Shown: positions 10,438-20,108 of the stretch, piece after piece
Layout: every line of letters begins with the position of its first letter
Position numbering within the stretch: the first letter of the stretch is position 1
Source: Euglena gracilis
Taxonomy: Eukaryota
Direction of reading: 5' to 3'
NCBI GenBank assembly: GCA_039621445.1
Contig: CP154954.1
Span: 47,409,847 to 47,473,846 of the forward strand
Length of the DNA: 64,000 nt
Translations under genes and position numbers: made by a program
Notes under the pieces: model-generated
Seen by the model: only the letters and a program-made list of their open reading frames with translations
What the model was told of the DNA's origin: nothing
Database searches by the model: none

Positions 10438-11019
10438 ATGAAGTTCTCCGCCATGTGGGTGAACGACCCTGCCACCAAGACGAAGCCCATGTCGTCCTTC
10501 CGGCTGAACCTCCGCGACTCCCTGCAGCCCGCGGGCGTCCTCGCGGACGGGGGGCTCGTGGGGCAGAGTCTTCACCTCGACCAGGTGCACGTCCAGTTCC
10601 GGCCCTCGGTCGACATCCAGCCCGCCGAGTTCGCCCCGGGGGACTCCGCGGACCGCAACTGGCGGGCGGAGACCTGCGCGCTGTACGTGCGCACGGATCC
10701 CGGGATGCGCTGCGTCCTCTACTCCAGCCCCGCGCTCGGCGACGGGGGGGTGCACCGCAGCCTCGTGTACAGCACCGCCCTGTTCTGCACGCCGGCCCTC
10801 AGCGGGAGCGAGGACTACTGGTGTCGCACCTACCGCCCCGACCTGCCCGTGGCCACGGACCTCCTGGCCGGGGGCGACCCCGAACTGGGCATCCACCTGT
10901 TCTGGCCGCTGCTGCAGGGGGGTTCCTCCGTCACCAACAGCCCCACCAACAATTGGTACGTCCCGGACTACCGCATCCTGCGGGTGCTCTGCGACTTCAG
11001 TCTGCGACCTCTCGCCTGA
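10438..11019 (+). CDS. Putative minor capsid (penton, single jelly-roll) protein, 193 aa
   Basis: Beta-rich pattern (FRLNL, LHLDQVHVQF, LYVRTD, LGIHLF, LRVLCDFSL). Sits in the structural cluster directly before the fibre-like genes. Confidence 0.5.
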   Translation: MKFSAMWVNDPATKTKPMSSFRLNLRDSLQPAGVLADGGLVGQSLHLDQVHVQFRPSVDIQPAEFAPGDSADRNWRAETCALYVRTDPGMRCVLYSSPALGDGGVHRSLVYSTALFCTPALSGSEDYWCRTYRPDLPVATDLLAGGDPELGIHLFWPLLQGGSSVTNSPTNNWYVPDYRILRVLCDFSLRPLA

Positions 11020-11054
11020 GTTGTTGGATCTTTTTTTTTGTTTTGTTTTGGCAT

Positions 11055-11771
11055 ATGGCGGACTACAACCGGGACCCATTGTCGGCGGTGTTCACCGCGG
11101 ATCTGCTGCAACGGCTGCGCGTCCTGGCGAGCGGCGGCACAACGGGGGGCGGTACCGTGGACCTGGGTCCGGTGAACGCGACCGTCGCGACCCTGCAAAC
11201 CCAGGTGAATCAGTTTGCCACCCAGCAGAGCCAACTCAGCACCCAACTCGGTCAGCTCAGCAGCCAGGTCAGCCAACTTTCCAGCCAGGTGGGTCAGCTC
11301 AGCAGCGGTAGCAGCAACCACCCGCCCGCCAACACCGTGAAGGGGTGGATCCTGGGGGCGGGCCTGACGCGGCCCGTGGCCGTGCTCAGCAGCTCGGCCA
11401 CCATGGACGCCACCGCGTGGCAGAGCTGGATCATGCTCAACGGGGACCGGGGCACCCTGACCCTCGGGGCGCCCACGTCGGGCGGGACCACCATGGCCCT
11501 CGCCAACTTCTGGACGGACCGCGTGCCGAACCAGTTCCCCTTCGCCCCCGCCAACTGGGGCAACGACGCCGCGCCCAGCGGGGCGTGGACGCTGATCTGC
11601 AACATCGGGGGCAGCGCCTGGAACATCGCCCTGCCGGCGGGGACCTCGGGCAAGAACTCCGCGGGGAGCTACATCGGCGGCGCGCAGACGGATTCCCTCG
11701 CCCCGGGGAAAATGGCCTTCGCCATGTGCTGGGCCAAGGACATGCCCGGTTTCTTCTACTGGGCGTTTTAA
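11055..11771 (+). CDS. Fibre/spike-like protein, 238 aa
   Basis: N-terminal heptad repeats (QLSSQVS), Gly/Ser linker, C-terminal Gly/Trp-rich beta domain. GTTGGATC upstream. Confidence 0.6.
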   Translation: MADYNRDPLSAVFTADLLQRLRVLASGGTTGGGTVDLGPVNATVATLQTQVNQFATQQSQLSTQLGQLSSQVSQLSSQVGQLSSGSSNHPPANTVKGWILGAGLTRPVAVLSSSATMDATAWQSWIMLNGDRGTLTLGAPTSGGTTMALANFWTDRVPNQFPFAPANWGNDAAPSGAWTLICNIGGSAWNIALPAGTSGKNSAGSYIGGAQTDSLAPGKMAFAMCWAKDMPGFFYWAF

Positions 11772-11775
11772 AAAA

Positions 11776-12714
11776 ATGTACGGCGTTGGATACTTCGTGG
11801 ACACGGCGGCCATGGACGAGGTGCGGCGGCAGATTGCGCAGTTGCAGACGTCGGTCACCAGCCTCAGCACGTCGGGGACGGCGCCCCTGGCGGTGGACCT
11901 CTCGGCCTACGCCACGACCGCGGCCGTCACCGCGCGGCTGGCGGACTACCTCACGGCGGCCGCCGCCGCGGCCACCTACGCCACCAAATCCGCCCTGGAG
12001 GCGCTGTCGGGCACCGTGACCACGGTGAGCAACAGTCTGGGCGGTTTTCTGACCAAAACGGAGGCGGCGGCCACCTACGCCACCAAGACCGCCCTGGAGG
12101 CATTGTCGGGAACGGTCAGCAATGCACTGGGAAATTTCCTGACCAAAGCGGATGCCACATCCACCTACGCCACGCAGACCGCCCTGAAGGCGCTCTCGGA
12201 CACCGTGGCGTCCCTGCCCGCCAACCAGGCGGGTGGGGGGCGCGAAATCCGCATGGCCTACGGCGTCAATTCCGGTCAGGGTGGATTCGGTGTGCACTGG
12301 CGGTTGTTGGAAAACGGCACGGGACTCGTCCACGACAACTCGGGGAGTCCAAATTTCTCCAACGGGACGAAATCGAGGCTGATCGTGAACGTCCAATGGA
12401 CGCTCTCGTTCCAACCAACAGGCGACGGATATCGCGCCGCGCTGTTGTACTTCTATCCACAAGACACGACCGCATTGCGGAAGGTGGTGGGCTACGCTTA
12501 CCACTATCATCAACACGACGACGGCAACGGGTCCAGTCTGTCGTCCAACGCTACGTTTCCGTTGGAACCCGGTGGCGGTTTCCACATCGAGTGCCGGGGC
12601 ACACTGATCACCAACGCGGATGCCGCCAACCCGTACGTACCGGAGCTTTCATTCTACGATCCGATGGCCCGGTACCCGGGAACAATCACCATACTGGCCA
12701 TGCCAGAGGTGTAA
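11776..12714 (+). CDS. Fibre-like protein with repeated shaft and C1q/TNF-like head (true start possibly 11812)
   Basis: Three YAT(K/Q)xALxALSxTV repeats and DLSAYAT. C-terminal SSLSSNATFPLEPGGGFHIEC resembles C1q-type strands. A GTTGGAT motif at 11785 precedes the ATG at 11812. Confidence 0.6.
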   Translation: MYGVGYFVDTAAMDEVRRQIAQLQTSVTSLSTSGTAPLAVDLSAYATTAAVTARLADYLTAAAAAATYATKSALEALSGTVTTVSNSLGGFLTKTEAAATYATKTALEALSGTVSNALGNFLTKADATSTYATQTALKALSDTVASLPANQAGGGREIRMAYGVNSGQGGFGVHWRLLENGTGLVHDNSGSPNFSNGTKSRLIVNVQWTLSFQPTGDGYRAALLYFYPQDTTALRKVVGYAYHYHQHDDGNGSSLSSNATFPLEPGGGFHIECRGTLITNADAANPYVPELSFYDPMARYPGTITILAMPEV

Positions 12715-12727
12715 CACAACCCGTTGG

Positions 12728-13003
12728 ATGCAACCCCCACCCAACCAACTGGAACACTGGCTGGACGACGCCGCCCAGATGGGCCTGATGCTCTACCGGA
12801 TGCGGATGGACTCCCGGTGGCAGCAGCGCGTGGTGCACGCCCCCCAGTTGCCCCCGTACCGACAAACCCCCCCACCCCCGCCACCACCGCCGCATCCCCC
12901 GCCGCACACCCCGGGTGTTGGATCCTTTTTGTACCGCCCCGCCAACCCACCGCCCTTGGAGCTCGCCACCGTCCGGTACACCCCCCAACCCGACCTCCGG
13001 TGA
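12728..13003 (+). CDS. Small Pro-rich hypothetical protein, ~91 aa
   Basis: ORF fills the gap between genes. ATG overlaps the GTTGGAT motif. Copy 2 is frameshifted in C-runs. Confidence 0.45.
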   Translation: MQPPPNQLEHWLDDAAQMGLMLYRMRMDSRWQQRVVHAPQLPPYRQTPPPPPPPPHPPPHTPGVGSFLYRPANPPPLELATVRYTPQPDLR

Positions 13004-13006
13004 ATC

Positions 13007-13339
13007 ATGTCGATGTCCGCCGCGTTCAACCCCGAAATGATCCCGCTCGGCGACCCCGCGGGCGCCGCGGCCACCCGGCCGGGCGGGTGGATCGTCCGCA
13101 TGGCCGACGAGGCGGCCTACCTGACCATCATGCTGTACATCTCGGACGCCACCAACTTCACCAGCTTCTTCTACCCCGTGCCGCTGATGATGGCCCGGGA
13201 CCCGGTGATCGTCCAGTGCCTGCGGTACGGGATGCAGTTCGCCACGCTGAAGGAGATCCAGCACTGGCTGGAGGCCGTGGGCATCCCCACCCGGCTGTTC
13301 GGTCACTACCTGGCCGGCATCACCGAGCGCGTCCTCTGA
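13007..13339 (+). CDS. Hypothetical protein, 110 aa
   Basis: High GC3, identical in copy 2. Confidence 0.7.
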   Translation: MSMSAAFNPEMIPLGDPAGAAATRPGGWIVRMADEAAYLTIMLYISDATNFTSFFYPVPLMMARDPVIVQCLRYGMQFATLKEIQHWLEAVGIPTRLFGHYLAGITERVL

Positions 13340-13363
13340 CCGCCACCGCCGTAGGATACTACG

Positions 13364-13720
13364 ATGGACGTCGACGGACCCGCGGTCCGCAGTGAGCGAT
13401 TCAAGCCCTACGACGCGACCACCATCCCGTGGAAGCGCCGGGCCAACATCGGCAACTGGACCGGCGCCCGCCGGCCCCGGTACCCCGTGGTGTGGCGGCC
13501 GTACACCAACAACCCGCACCGTCACATCATCGGGGACCGATCGGTCATCACCCGCATGCACCACACCGGCTATGCCAAGGATGTCATCGGGTCGTTCAAC
13601 CGGAGCGCGACGCCCCTTCTCCCGCTGTCCGCCCGCTCCGCGTTCGACGGTGCGCCCAACGTCCTTCGGAGCGTCCCCGCCCTCGGGGGACGACGCCATT
13701 GGTTCTTCGACGAGACCTGA
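13364..13720 (+). CDS. Basic hypothetical protein, 118 aa
   Basis: High GC3, variant motif GTAGGAT upstream, identical in copy 2. Confidence 0.65.
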   Translation: MDVDGPAVRSERFKPYDATTIPWKRRANIGNWTGARRPRYPVVWRPYTNNPHRHIIGDRSVITRMHHTGYAKDVIGSFNRSATPLLPLSARSAFDGAPNVLRSVPALGGRRHWFFDET

Positions 13721-14126
13721 TGCGCACCACCCCTGGCATCTGACCCGCGCGTGCTGGTTCCACGTCCGCAACTGGCTTCGCCGGATGTAGTGGATCCGCG
13801 GCACCTACGTCGAACCCTTCCTGTACCGTCACAGCCAACGCTTCGCCCCGCCGCTTCCCTGACCCGCTCCGCTGCGTCGCTGTACACTCCGCCCCCGCTC
13901 CCCGGACACTCGAGACTGAACCGCCGCCCGTTGGGCACTGAGAGATTCCCCGCCGTTGCTTCGTGCCTCGTCTCTTCGTGTTAATGGAAGGATGGATGGG
14001 TCACAATGGTTTTTAGAGGGGTTTGGGATGGAATTGGGATTGGGATGTCGGGGGAATAATATACAAACAAAAAAAAATCAATTTCGCCGTTCTCGCACAG
14101 ATCTCTTGCGACCAACCCGCCACAGC

Positions 14127-15717
14127 ATGCAACTCATCAAGCGGAACCGCGACAGCCAGCAGTACCGCGTGGGCGACCTGCGCCTCGGTGCGGGCTCCCA
14201 GCTGGTGCAGTTCAGCGTCATGGTCCGCAACGCGCCCTCCGACCCGGCGTCGACCACCTCGTGGCGCACGTTCCGGGCCGTGGTGGACGTACCCCCGGGC
14301 AGCCCCAACGAGCAGGAGCGGGTGGAGGAGATCATCCGCACCGAGCTCAAAACCAACTTCGCCGCCTTCGGGATGTACGCCCGCGACAACCTCCCCGACC
14401 TCTACTGCGACCCCGCCACCCAGGAGCCCGTGGCGGTGTGGAACGGCTCGCAGCAGGTGCTCACCAACGAGGACGTCTTCCGCATCCTCGCCCGCGGCTC
14501 CGACGCCGACCGGGACACCATCCTGCGGCGCCAGAAGGACTACTTCTCCCGGCGCAAGTGCTTCGGCTACCTCGACGACATCCGCCCCAAGCACCGCTCC
14601 TTCCGCTACCACATCCAGGGGGTGGACGTGCCGACGCTGATGCGCCTCATCCCCGACGAGATCGCGGCCCACGAGTGCAACCGCATGTGCGCCTACGACA
14701 TGCTGCGGGAGCGCAACCCCCCCTCGGAGCGCGGCCGTGCAATGCCCAATCGGATGTTCGAGCCCGCTGTGGTCAACGAGTGGCTGAACGCCAACGGCCA
14801 CGCCGTGGGGACACTCACCGACGGACTCTCCCCCGCGGACATCCAGGCGCACGCCGAGGCCTTCCGCTACGGCCACGCCGCCCTCGACATCACGCGCGGC
14901 ATCATCCTCCTGCACATCCCGGAGAAGCCCCGCAAGGACTTCCGCACCGTCGCCTACACCGTCGTGGGCGATCACGTCATCCCCTTCACGGACAAGGATG
15001 TGATCAAAAGCATCATGCACGGCCGCCCACCGCCTCGGACGGCGTCGCTTCACCGGCTACCACATGATGGACGGACCAGCGGGGACTCCACAACGGACAC
15101 GAGACGGAGACCACCCCCAACCGCCGCAAGCGCATGCGTCCCTGGACCGCGTCCTGCACCCGGACACCACCCCGGCCTCACAGCGGGACGCGGAGGCAGT
15201 CGCCGGACCCGACGCCCCCATCGACTGGGAGGTGGACGAGCGCGAGGACGACTTCGAGGACGTGCAGTCGGTCCGGTCGGGCGTCGACCGCGTGGGCAAC
15301 GCCAACAAAAAGACGACGCCCCAGTACCCCCTCGTGACGGACACCGACCGCTTCCACTTCTTCACCAAGGCTGACGACCAAGCCCTCGTCCGCGCCAAGC
15401 TCCGCCCCGACTACCAGGAGGGCCCCCACGCCCACCTGGTCCATTTCTACATCTGCACCGATGAGCCCGACGTCGAGTTCCTCTACCACTACTGCACCCG
15501 CATCCTCGCTTGGGACCCCACCACCGCCGCGCGCAGCTTCAACGGCCAATGCAAACAGCTCCGCATCAAGAACGTCATCTGGGTGGCCATCCCGGACATC
15601 CACCAACTCCTCAAGCTGCACACCCTCCTCTACCCCAAGGAGCCCTTCCGCCCCGTGGGCATCGCCTCTTACGCCTGGCGCATGTTGTACAAGGAGCTGT
15701 CGCGGATCGCGCTTCGG
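14127..15717 (+). pseudogene. 5' third of the replicase (pPolB-helicase) gene, truncated
   Basis: Matches 35472-37066. Frameshifts at ~15020-15140. Ends abruptly at the minisatellite. Confidence 0.8.
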
Positions 15718-15887
15718 AATTCTCAGCATTACGGTGTGTAATTCTGAGCATTACGGGGTGTAATGCTCAGCATTACGGGGTGTAATGCTCAGCATTACGG
15801 GGTGTAATGCTCAGCATTACGGGGTGTAATGCTCAGCATTACGGGGTGTAATGCTCAGCATTACGGGGTGTAATGCTCAGCATTACG
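15718..15887. repeat. 22-bp tandem repeat x~7.7 (AATGCTCAGCATTACGGGGTGT) containing the palindrome GTAATGCT-C-AGCATTAC
   Basis: Read directly. The first two units are slightly degenerate. Confidence 0.95.
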
Positions 15888-16482
15888 CATCTGTGAATTC
15901 AATCACTGAGATGCTTGAAACGCAGCAACAAGTACAGGGGTGGGTGGATGTGAACTTGTGGATGATATGGCAAAGTATGTTTTGTTTTTGTTTTTATATT
16001 TATTTTTCCATTTTTTTCTCCTTGCAGTTACTACAGCAGAAGCAGCTGCCCCACCACTTGCCCCATCAATTCCATCTGTGACTGGTGTGAATTTTTTGTA
16101 AAAAGCAGGAAAAATGTTTCTTCTCACAGCACTGAATGGAAGAAACAATCCACAGCCCTCATCCTCGAATGCACAAGCTCCTGCTCCTCCTACAGGTGTA
16201 TTTCATTTTCAGAATAATTTATTTGTTTTTCATTCTCACAGCACTGAACCCTGGCCATGTTGTGCCGATTCAAATTCCTCAACACATTTCCCAAGGAGTC
16301 CAAGTCACTCCACAATCAAACAAAAAAGAAGTATGCCATGGCTGGAGAAGGTCTGAAAGATTGATGGCCAAGAGGCAGAGACTTTAAACGTTGACAAACA
16401 TTTTGGGCTGTGTGGTGACCCACAAACCATTACGTACATTTCTTTTTGTTTTCTTTGCTACAAAAAAAATTCATATGAGTCA

Positions 16483-16800
16483 TTTGACCAAAAGTGTTTT
16501 TTATAAAAAAGCCAGGCCTTTTCTCGAAAAAAAATTTTTCCCCCCCCCCCCCGAAAAAAAAATAAAAATAGAAAAAAATATTTTAAAAATTTTTTTTGAC
16601 CAAAAGTGTTTTTTATAACAAAGCGGGGCATTTTCTCGAAAAAAAATTTTTTTGCCCCCCCCCCCGAAAAAAAATACAAGTCGAAAAAATTTTTTTGAAA
16701 ATTTTTTTTGACCAAAAGTGTTTTTTATGATAAAACGGGACATTTTCTCAAAAAAAAATTTGCCTCCCCCCCTCCCCGAAAATTTTTTTTGACAAAGCAC
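16483..16800. repeat. ~112-bp AT-rich tandem repeat x~3
   Basis: TTTGACCAAAAGTGTTTTTT recurs at ~16483, ~16595 and ~16707, each followed by TTTTCTC(G/A)AAAAAA and a C-run. Confidence 0.85.
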
Positions 16801-17029
16801 CTGGGTGCCAGGAGCCAAATTTTTTTTTTCAAAAAAGTCGTTACTACCGAGGACGGGAGGGAATTTTTTTTTGAAAACCCCTCACTCGTCGGAAGCAGCC
16901 AATGCGTGCTCCCCCCTCACCTCGCTCACTGCCACCACGCCACGCTCTCTGACCCTCGGTGCTCCCTCGTTCGCTGCCTTCCTTCTTTTTTTGGCTCCTT
17001 GACCCCTTTGCCCTTTACGTCTCGCTCAA

Positions 17030-17365
17030 GCCACGGAGACGTCGGCCCCCTCCTCCTCCTCGGGAGGGAGGAGGTCTACGCCGACCTGTGGGAGCGCCAC
17101 ACACCCGCCCCCACACAAAACTCTCCTACCCCGGAACGAGGCCGGGGAGCGGGTGGTGGCCTCCCGCACGTTCGTGCGCCGGGGCATGGCCGACGCCGAG
17201 GAGTGGTGCTTCTTCTTCTGCCTCTCCCAGCACCTGACCTGCCGGGACCACGAGGTGGTCGTCCGGGGGGGGCCGGACGGGCCTCCGGGCCTACGTCGCC
17301 CGGGACCTGCCGCAACGGCTGGGACCCGGATTTTACGATTTGACCTTTGTTTCCTGACCTTCTGA
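17030..17365 (+). pseudogene. Degraded small ORF at the left end of copy 2
   Basis: Coding-like fragments (LLLLGREEVYADLWERH, MADAEEWCFFFCLSQHLTCRDHEVVVR) in different frames after a pyrimidine tract + AG. Confidence 0.3.
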
Positions 17366-17439
17366 CGTGACACGCACGCCATCGCCGCCGCCCGGGGCGG
17401 AACGGGGCGCCCACGGCACGCACAACCATTGCCCCCCCG

Positions 17440-17517
17440 CCCCCGGCGAGGTGGAGTGGTCCCCCCCCGTGGCGCCGTCTACGCGAGCGACCCCGGGTTC
17501 GAACCCCGGTCGGGGAC
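17440..17517 (+). tRNA. Degenerate tRNA-Asp(GTC)-like sequence (pseudo-tRNA or Pol III RNA)
   Basis: Perfect T-arm CCGGG-TTCGAAC-CCCGG (17493-17509). Acceptor CCCCCGG/TCGGGGA. 7-nt loop CC-GTC-TA closed by TGGCG/CGCGA. A-box-like GTGGAGTGG. The D-arm is poor. Confidence 0.5.
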
Positions 17518-17920
17518 GGGGGTACTCCCAGACCGTCCCATTCAGGGTCGCAAAAAATAAACATAGGCTGTGCTCTGGCGCAACCGTGACGGGCGCGTGA
17601 CAGCCCCGTCTCTTGGACGGATGGTCCACGAATGAATCACCACCGCTCCCCCACCACACGGTGTGTAACGTGCGCCGCGCGCCCCCCCCTCCGCTGGACG
17701 CCGAGTTCGACGACGACGAGGACCCCGACGCCGCCGTACGCGCCCCACCCCCCGCACGCCGCACGCACACCGCACACGAACGGAGAATGGGTGTGTGTTC
17801 CCAAACGGATCATCAGCCGTCCACCCCGCACAGGGGGCAGCCTATCGTGGAACGGTCTGGGGGTTTTTTGTTTTTAATTTTTTTTTTGCCGCAGGCTTTT
17901 CGTCCCGTTTTCCTCCCGCG

Positions 17921-19977
17921 ATGCTCAATTTCCACGGCCTGGAGATCCCCGCGGCGCATGCCGGCGGGGACGATTGGTTCTGGCCGCCGACGACACCCAG
18001 CCGGCGACCCTGCCACCGCACCGCCACCGGGCCCGGCGACCCCGCGGAGCTCCGCTACAGCCGGGTGGTGTGACCTGCTGCGCGTGGTGGTGCGCGGTGA
18101 AGCGGCAGCGATGCGGGCCGCCGGCGCGCATCCCCACGGAGGTGGTTCACCGGGTGCTGGCGTTCTGCGACCTGACCACCCTCCTCGTCCTGAACCGGAC
18201 GTCCGGACCGCTCCGGCGGGCGCTGAACGACCCGCGGATGGTGGTGCAGTGGGCAGTCCACCGCCTGGTTTCCTCAAGCCCCGCGCCTGCGGCTGCGAGC
18301 GCAACCTGTTCTACGTGGACGCGTGCGTCTACCTGGAGTTCACGAACGACTGCGTGGGGCTGACGGGCCATCGACGGCGGAGGACGCCCTGCGGTGCGTG
18401 CGCCGCGCCCGGCGGGACGCGGCGGGGATGGGCTTCCACACGCTCGTGCACAACCGCCCCGAATGCTTCGCGCCCGGCGTCCTGGACGCCTACGCGGAGA
18501 ACTGGGTGGTCCCCGCGCCGCGCATGCTGGGCCTCCCCGTGGAGGACGCGGTGGTGGACCGCCTGCGGGCCGATCCCCGACCCGCTCTGGGGTTACTACC
18601 ACGCGGGCCCGGAGGACGACGACGGGGACGAGCAGAGCTGGGTGGAGGATCCCCGCCGACGAGTCGGAGGCGGCCCGGCGGGAGCGCTGGAACGCGGCGC
18701 AGGAGCGGCGCTGGCGCCGCCAACCCCCCCCCGCCCTCGGCGCTGTTCGTTGGCCCCACCACCGACCTGCAACGCCGCCTACCTGCTTGGACTGCGCCCG
18801 GCACGACCCGCGACCCGCACAACCCCGGCGAGGACGCGACGACCTGCGGGGCTTCCACGCGGCGCGCTGGGCGCGGGCGGCGCCTGCTGGAGACGGCGGT
18901 GGGGGTGCAGACCTACCCGCACTACGGCTGCCTCCGACAGAGCGAGCTGCCGGGGCGACGTGCCGCACCGCCGGGGCACCGACTACATCGAGCGGCAAGT
19001 ACCTGCCGTGCCGCGCCTCGCCACGCTGCCCGGTCTGTCGGAGTAACGCCCTTGATGGATTTCACCGGGAGGTGTGTTCCACCCCCGCGCGGTACGACAA
19101 CGAGGCCGGGGACTTCGTCCCCTGGGCGCTGTCGACGCTGGCCGTGCTGCAACGGCCTGTACGTGCACGCGTGGGTACAACGGGGTGCACTACCTGATGG
19201 AGGCGGTGATGATCGCCTTCGGCCAGCGCACTTGGCCCCGGGAGAACGGAGCGGACGGCGCTGCGCTGCCGGGGCCCCGGATGGCCCAGCGGTGGACGTA
19301 GTACCTCCAGGGGTGCTGTTCCTCGGGGAGGCGGTTGCACCCGTACAGCGATGGGGACCCCGACGGGCAGATGTCCGCCGCGGTGCGGGCGGCGACGCCG
19401 CCACCGGGGGTCCGGTGGACGGCGACAGCGCGACCAGCGCCGCGCAGCAGGTGCGCCCTGGCGATGCGGCTGCTGGCCGACCCGGACTTCGTCGCCGAGA
19501 ACCGCTGGATGGCCACGCGGTCGGTTGGCACGGTTGCCCCCATGAACAGTAAACCTGACGCCGCTGCTGCCAGGACACGGCGGGGTTGCTGCAAACCGCC
19601 CGTTCGCGCCCCGGCGCGACGACGTCGGCGCTGCTGGAGGAGGTTGGCCCACGCGCTGCGCGCGGGTGGAGTACGTGTGTGCGCTTCGCGGAGGCCTTCG
19701 GGCCCCCTGGCGGAACGCGGAGACGTCCGCGGCGGTGGCACCGCAGCACCGGTCTGTCGCTCTTCCTCGGCTGGGGCACCTCCCTGCGGATCGCCGCGCC
19801 CAGCCTGCGGCGGACGGCGATCTTGGCGCCCCTCAGCGGTGGGACACCTCGAACGAGAACCTGGCGACCGTACTCCGCGACCCATCCCAGTCCCCCCGGG
19901 TGTGCATCGTTACCGAACAACCACAGTGCGCTACCGACTACCGCTACCAGAACTTCCTGACCCGGCGGTCGGCCTGA
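17921..19977 (+). pseudogene. F-box-domain protein, many frameshifts
   Basis: RIPTEVVHRVLAFCDLTTLLVLNRTSGPLRRAL (~18127-18225) matches the F-box consensus. High-GC3 coding fragments hop between frames up to TGA at 19977. Confidence 0.55.
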
Positions 19978-20108
19978 CGGGCGCCGGCGCACGGTGAGGC
20001 GAACAGCGGGGGCACGCAAACAAAAGCGAAGGCATTCGTTGGAACGGGTTCGGGTAACGGGTCGGGGCGGCCGATGGCTCTCTTCCCCGGTGAGGGTGTG
20101 GTCAGTAG

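Larger units (their letters stand above)
1..15717. mobile_element. Endogenous Polinton-like virus, copy 1 (left end outside the window, right end truncated within the replicase)
   Basis: GC-rich gene-dense block with capsid-like, ATPase and replicase ORFs. Colinear with 21340-37066. Similarity stops at ...cgcttcgg (15717), where a 22-bp tandem repeat begins. Confidence 0.85.

Noticed and set aside
15718-15887. CRISPR-like palindromic repeat array
   Set aside because: Units are head-to-tail with an almost invariant 5-nt linker, there are no unique spacers and no cas genes, and the context is eukaryotic.
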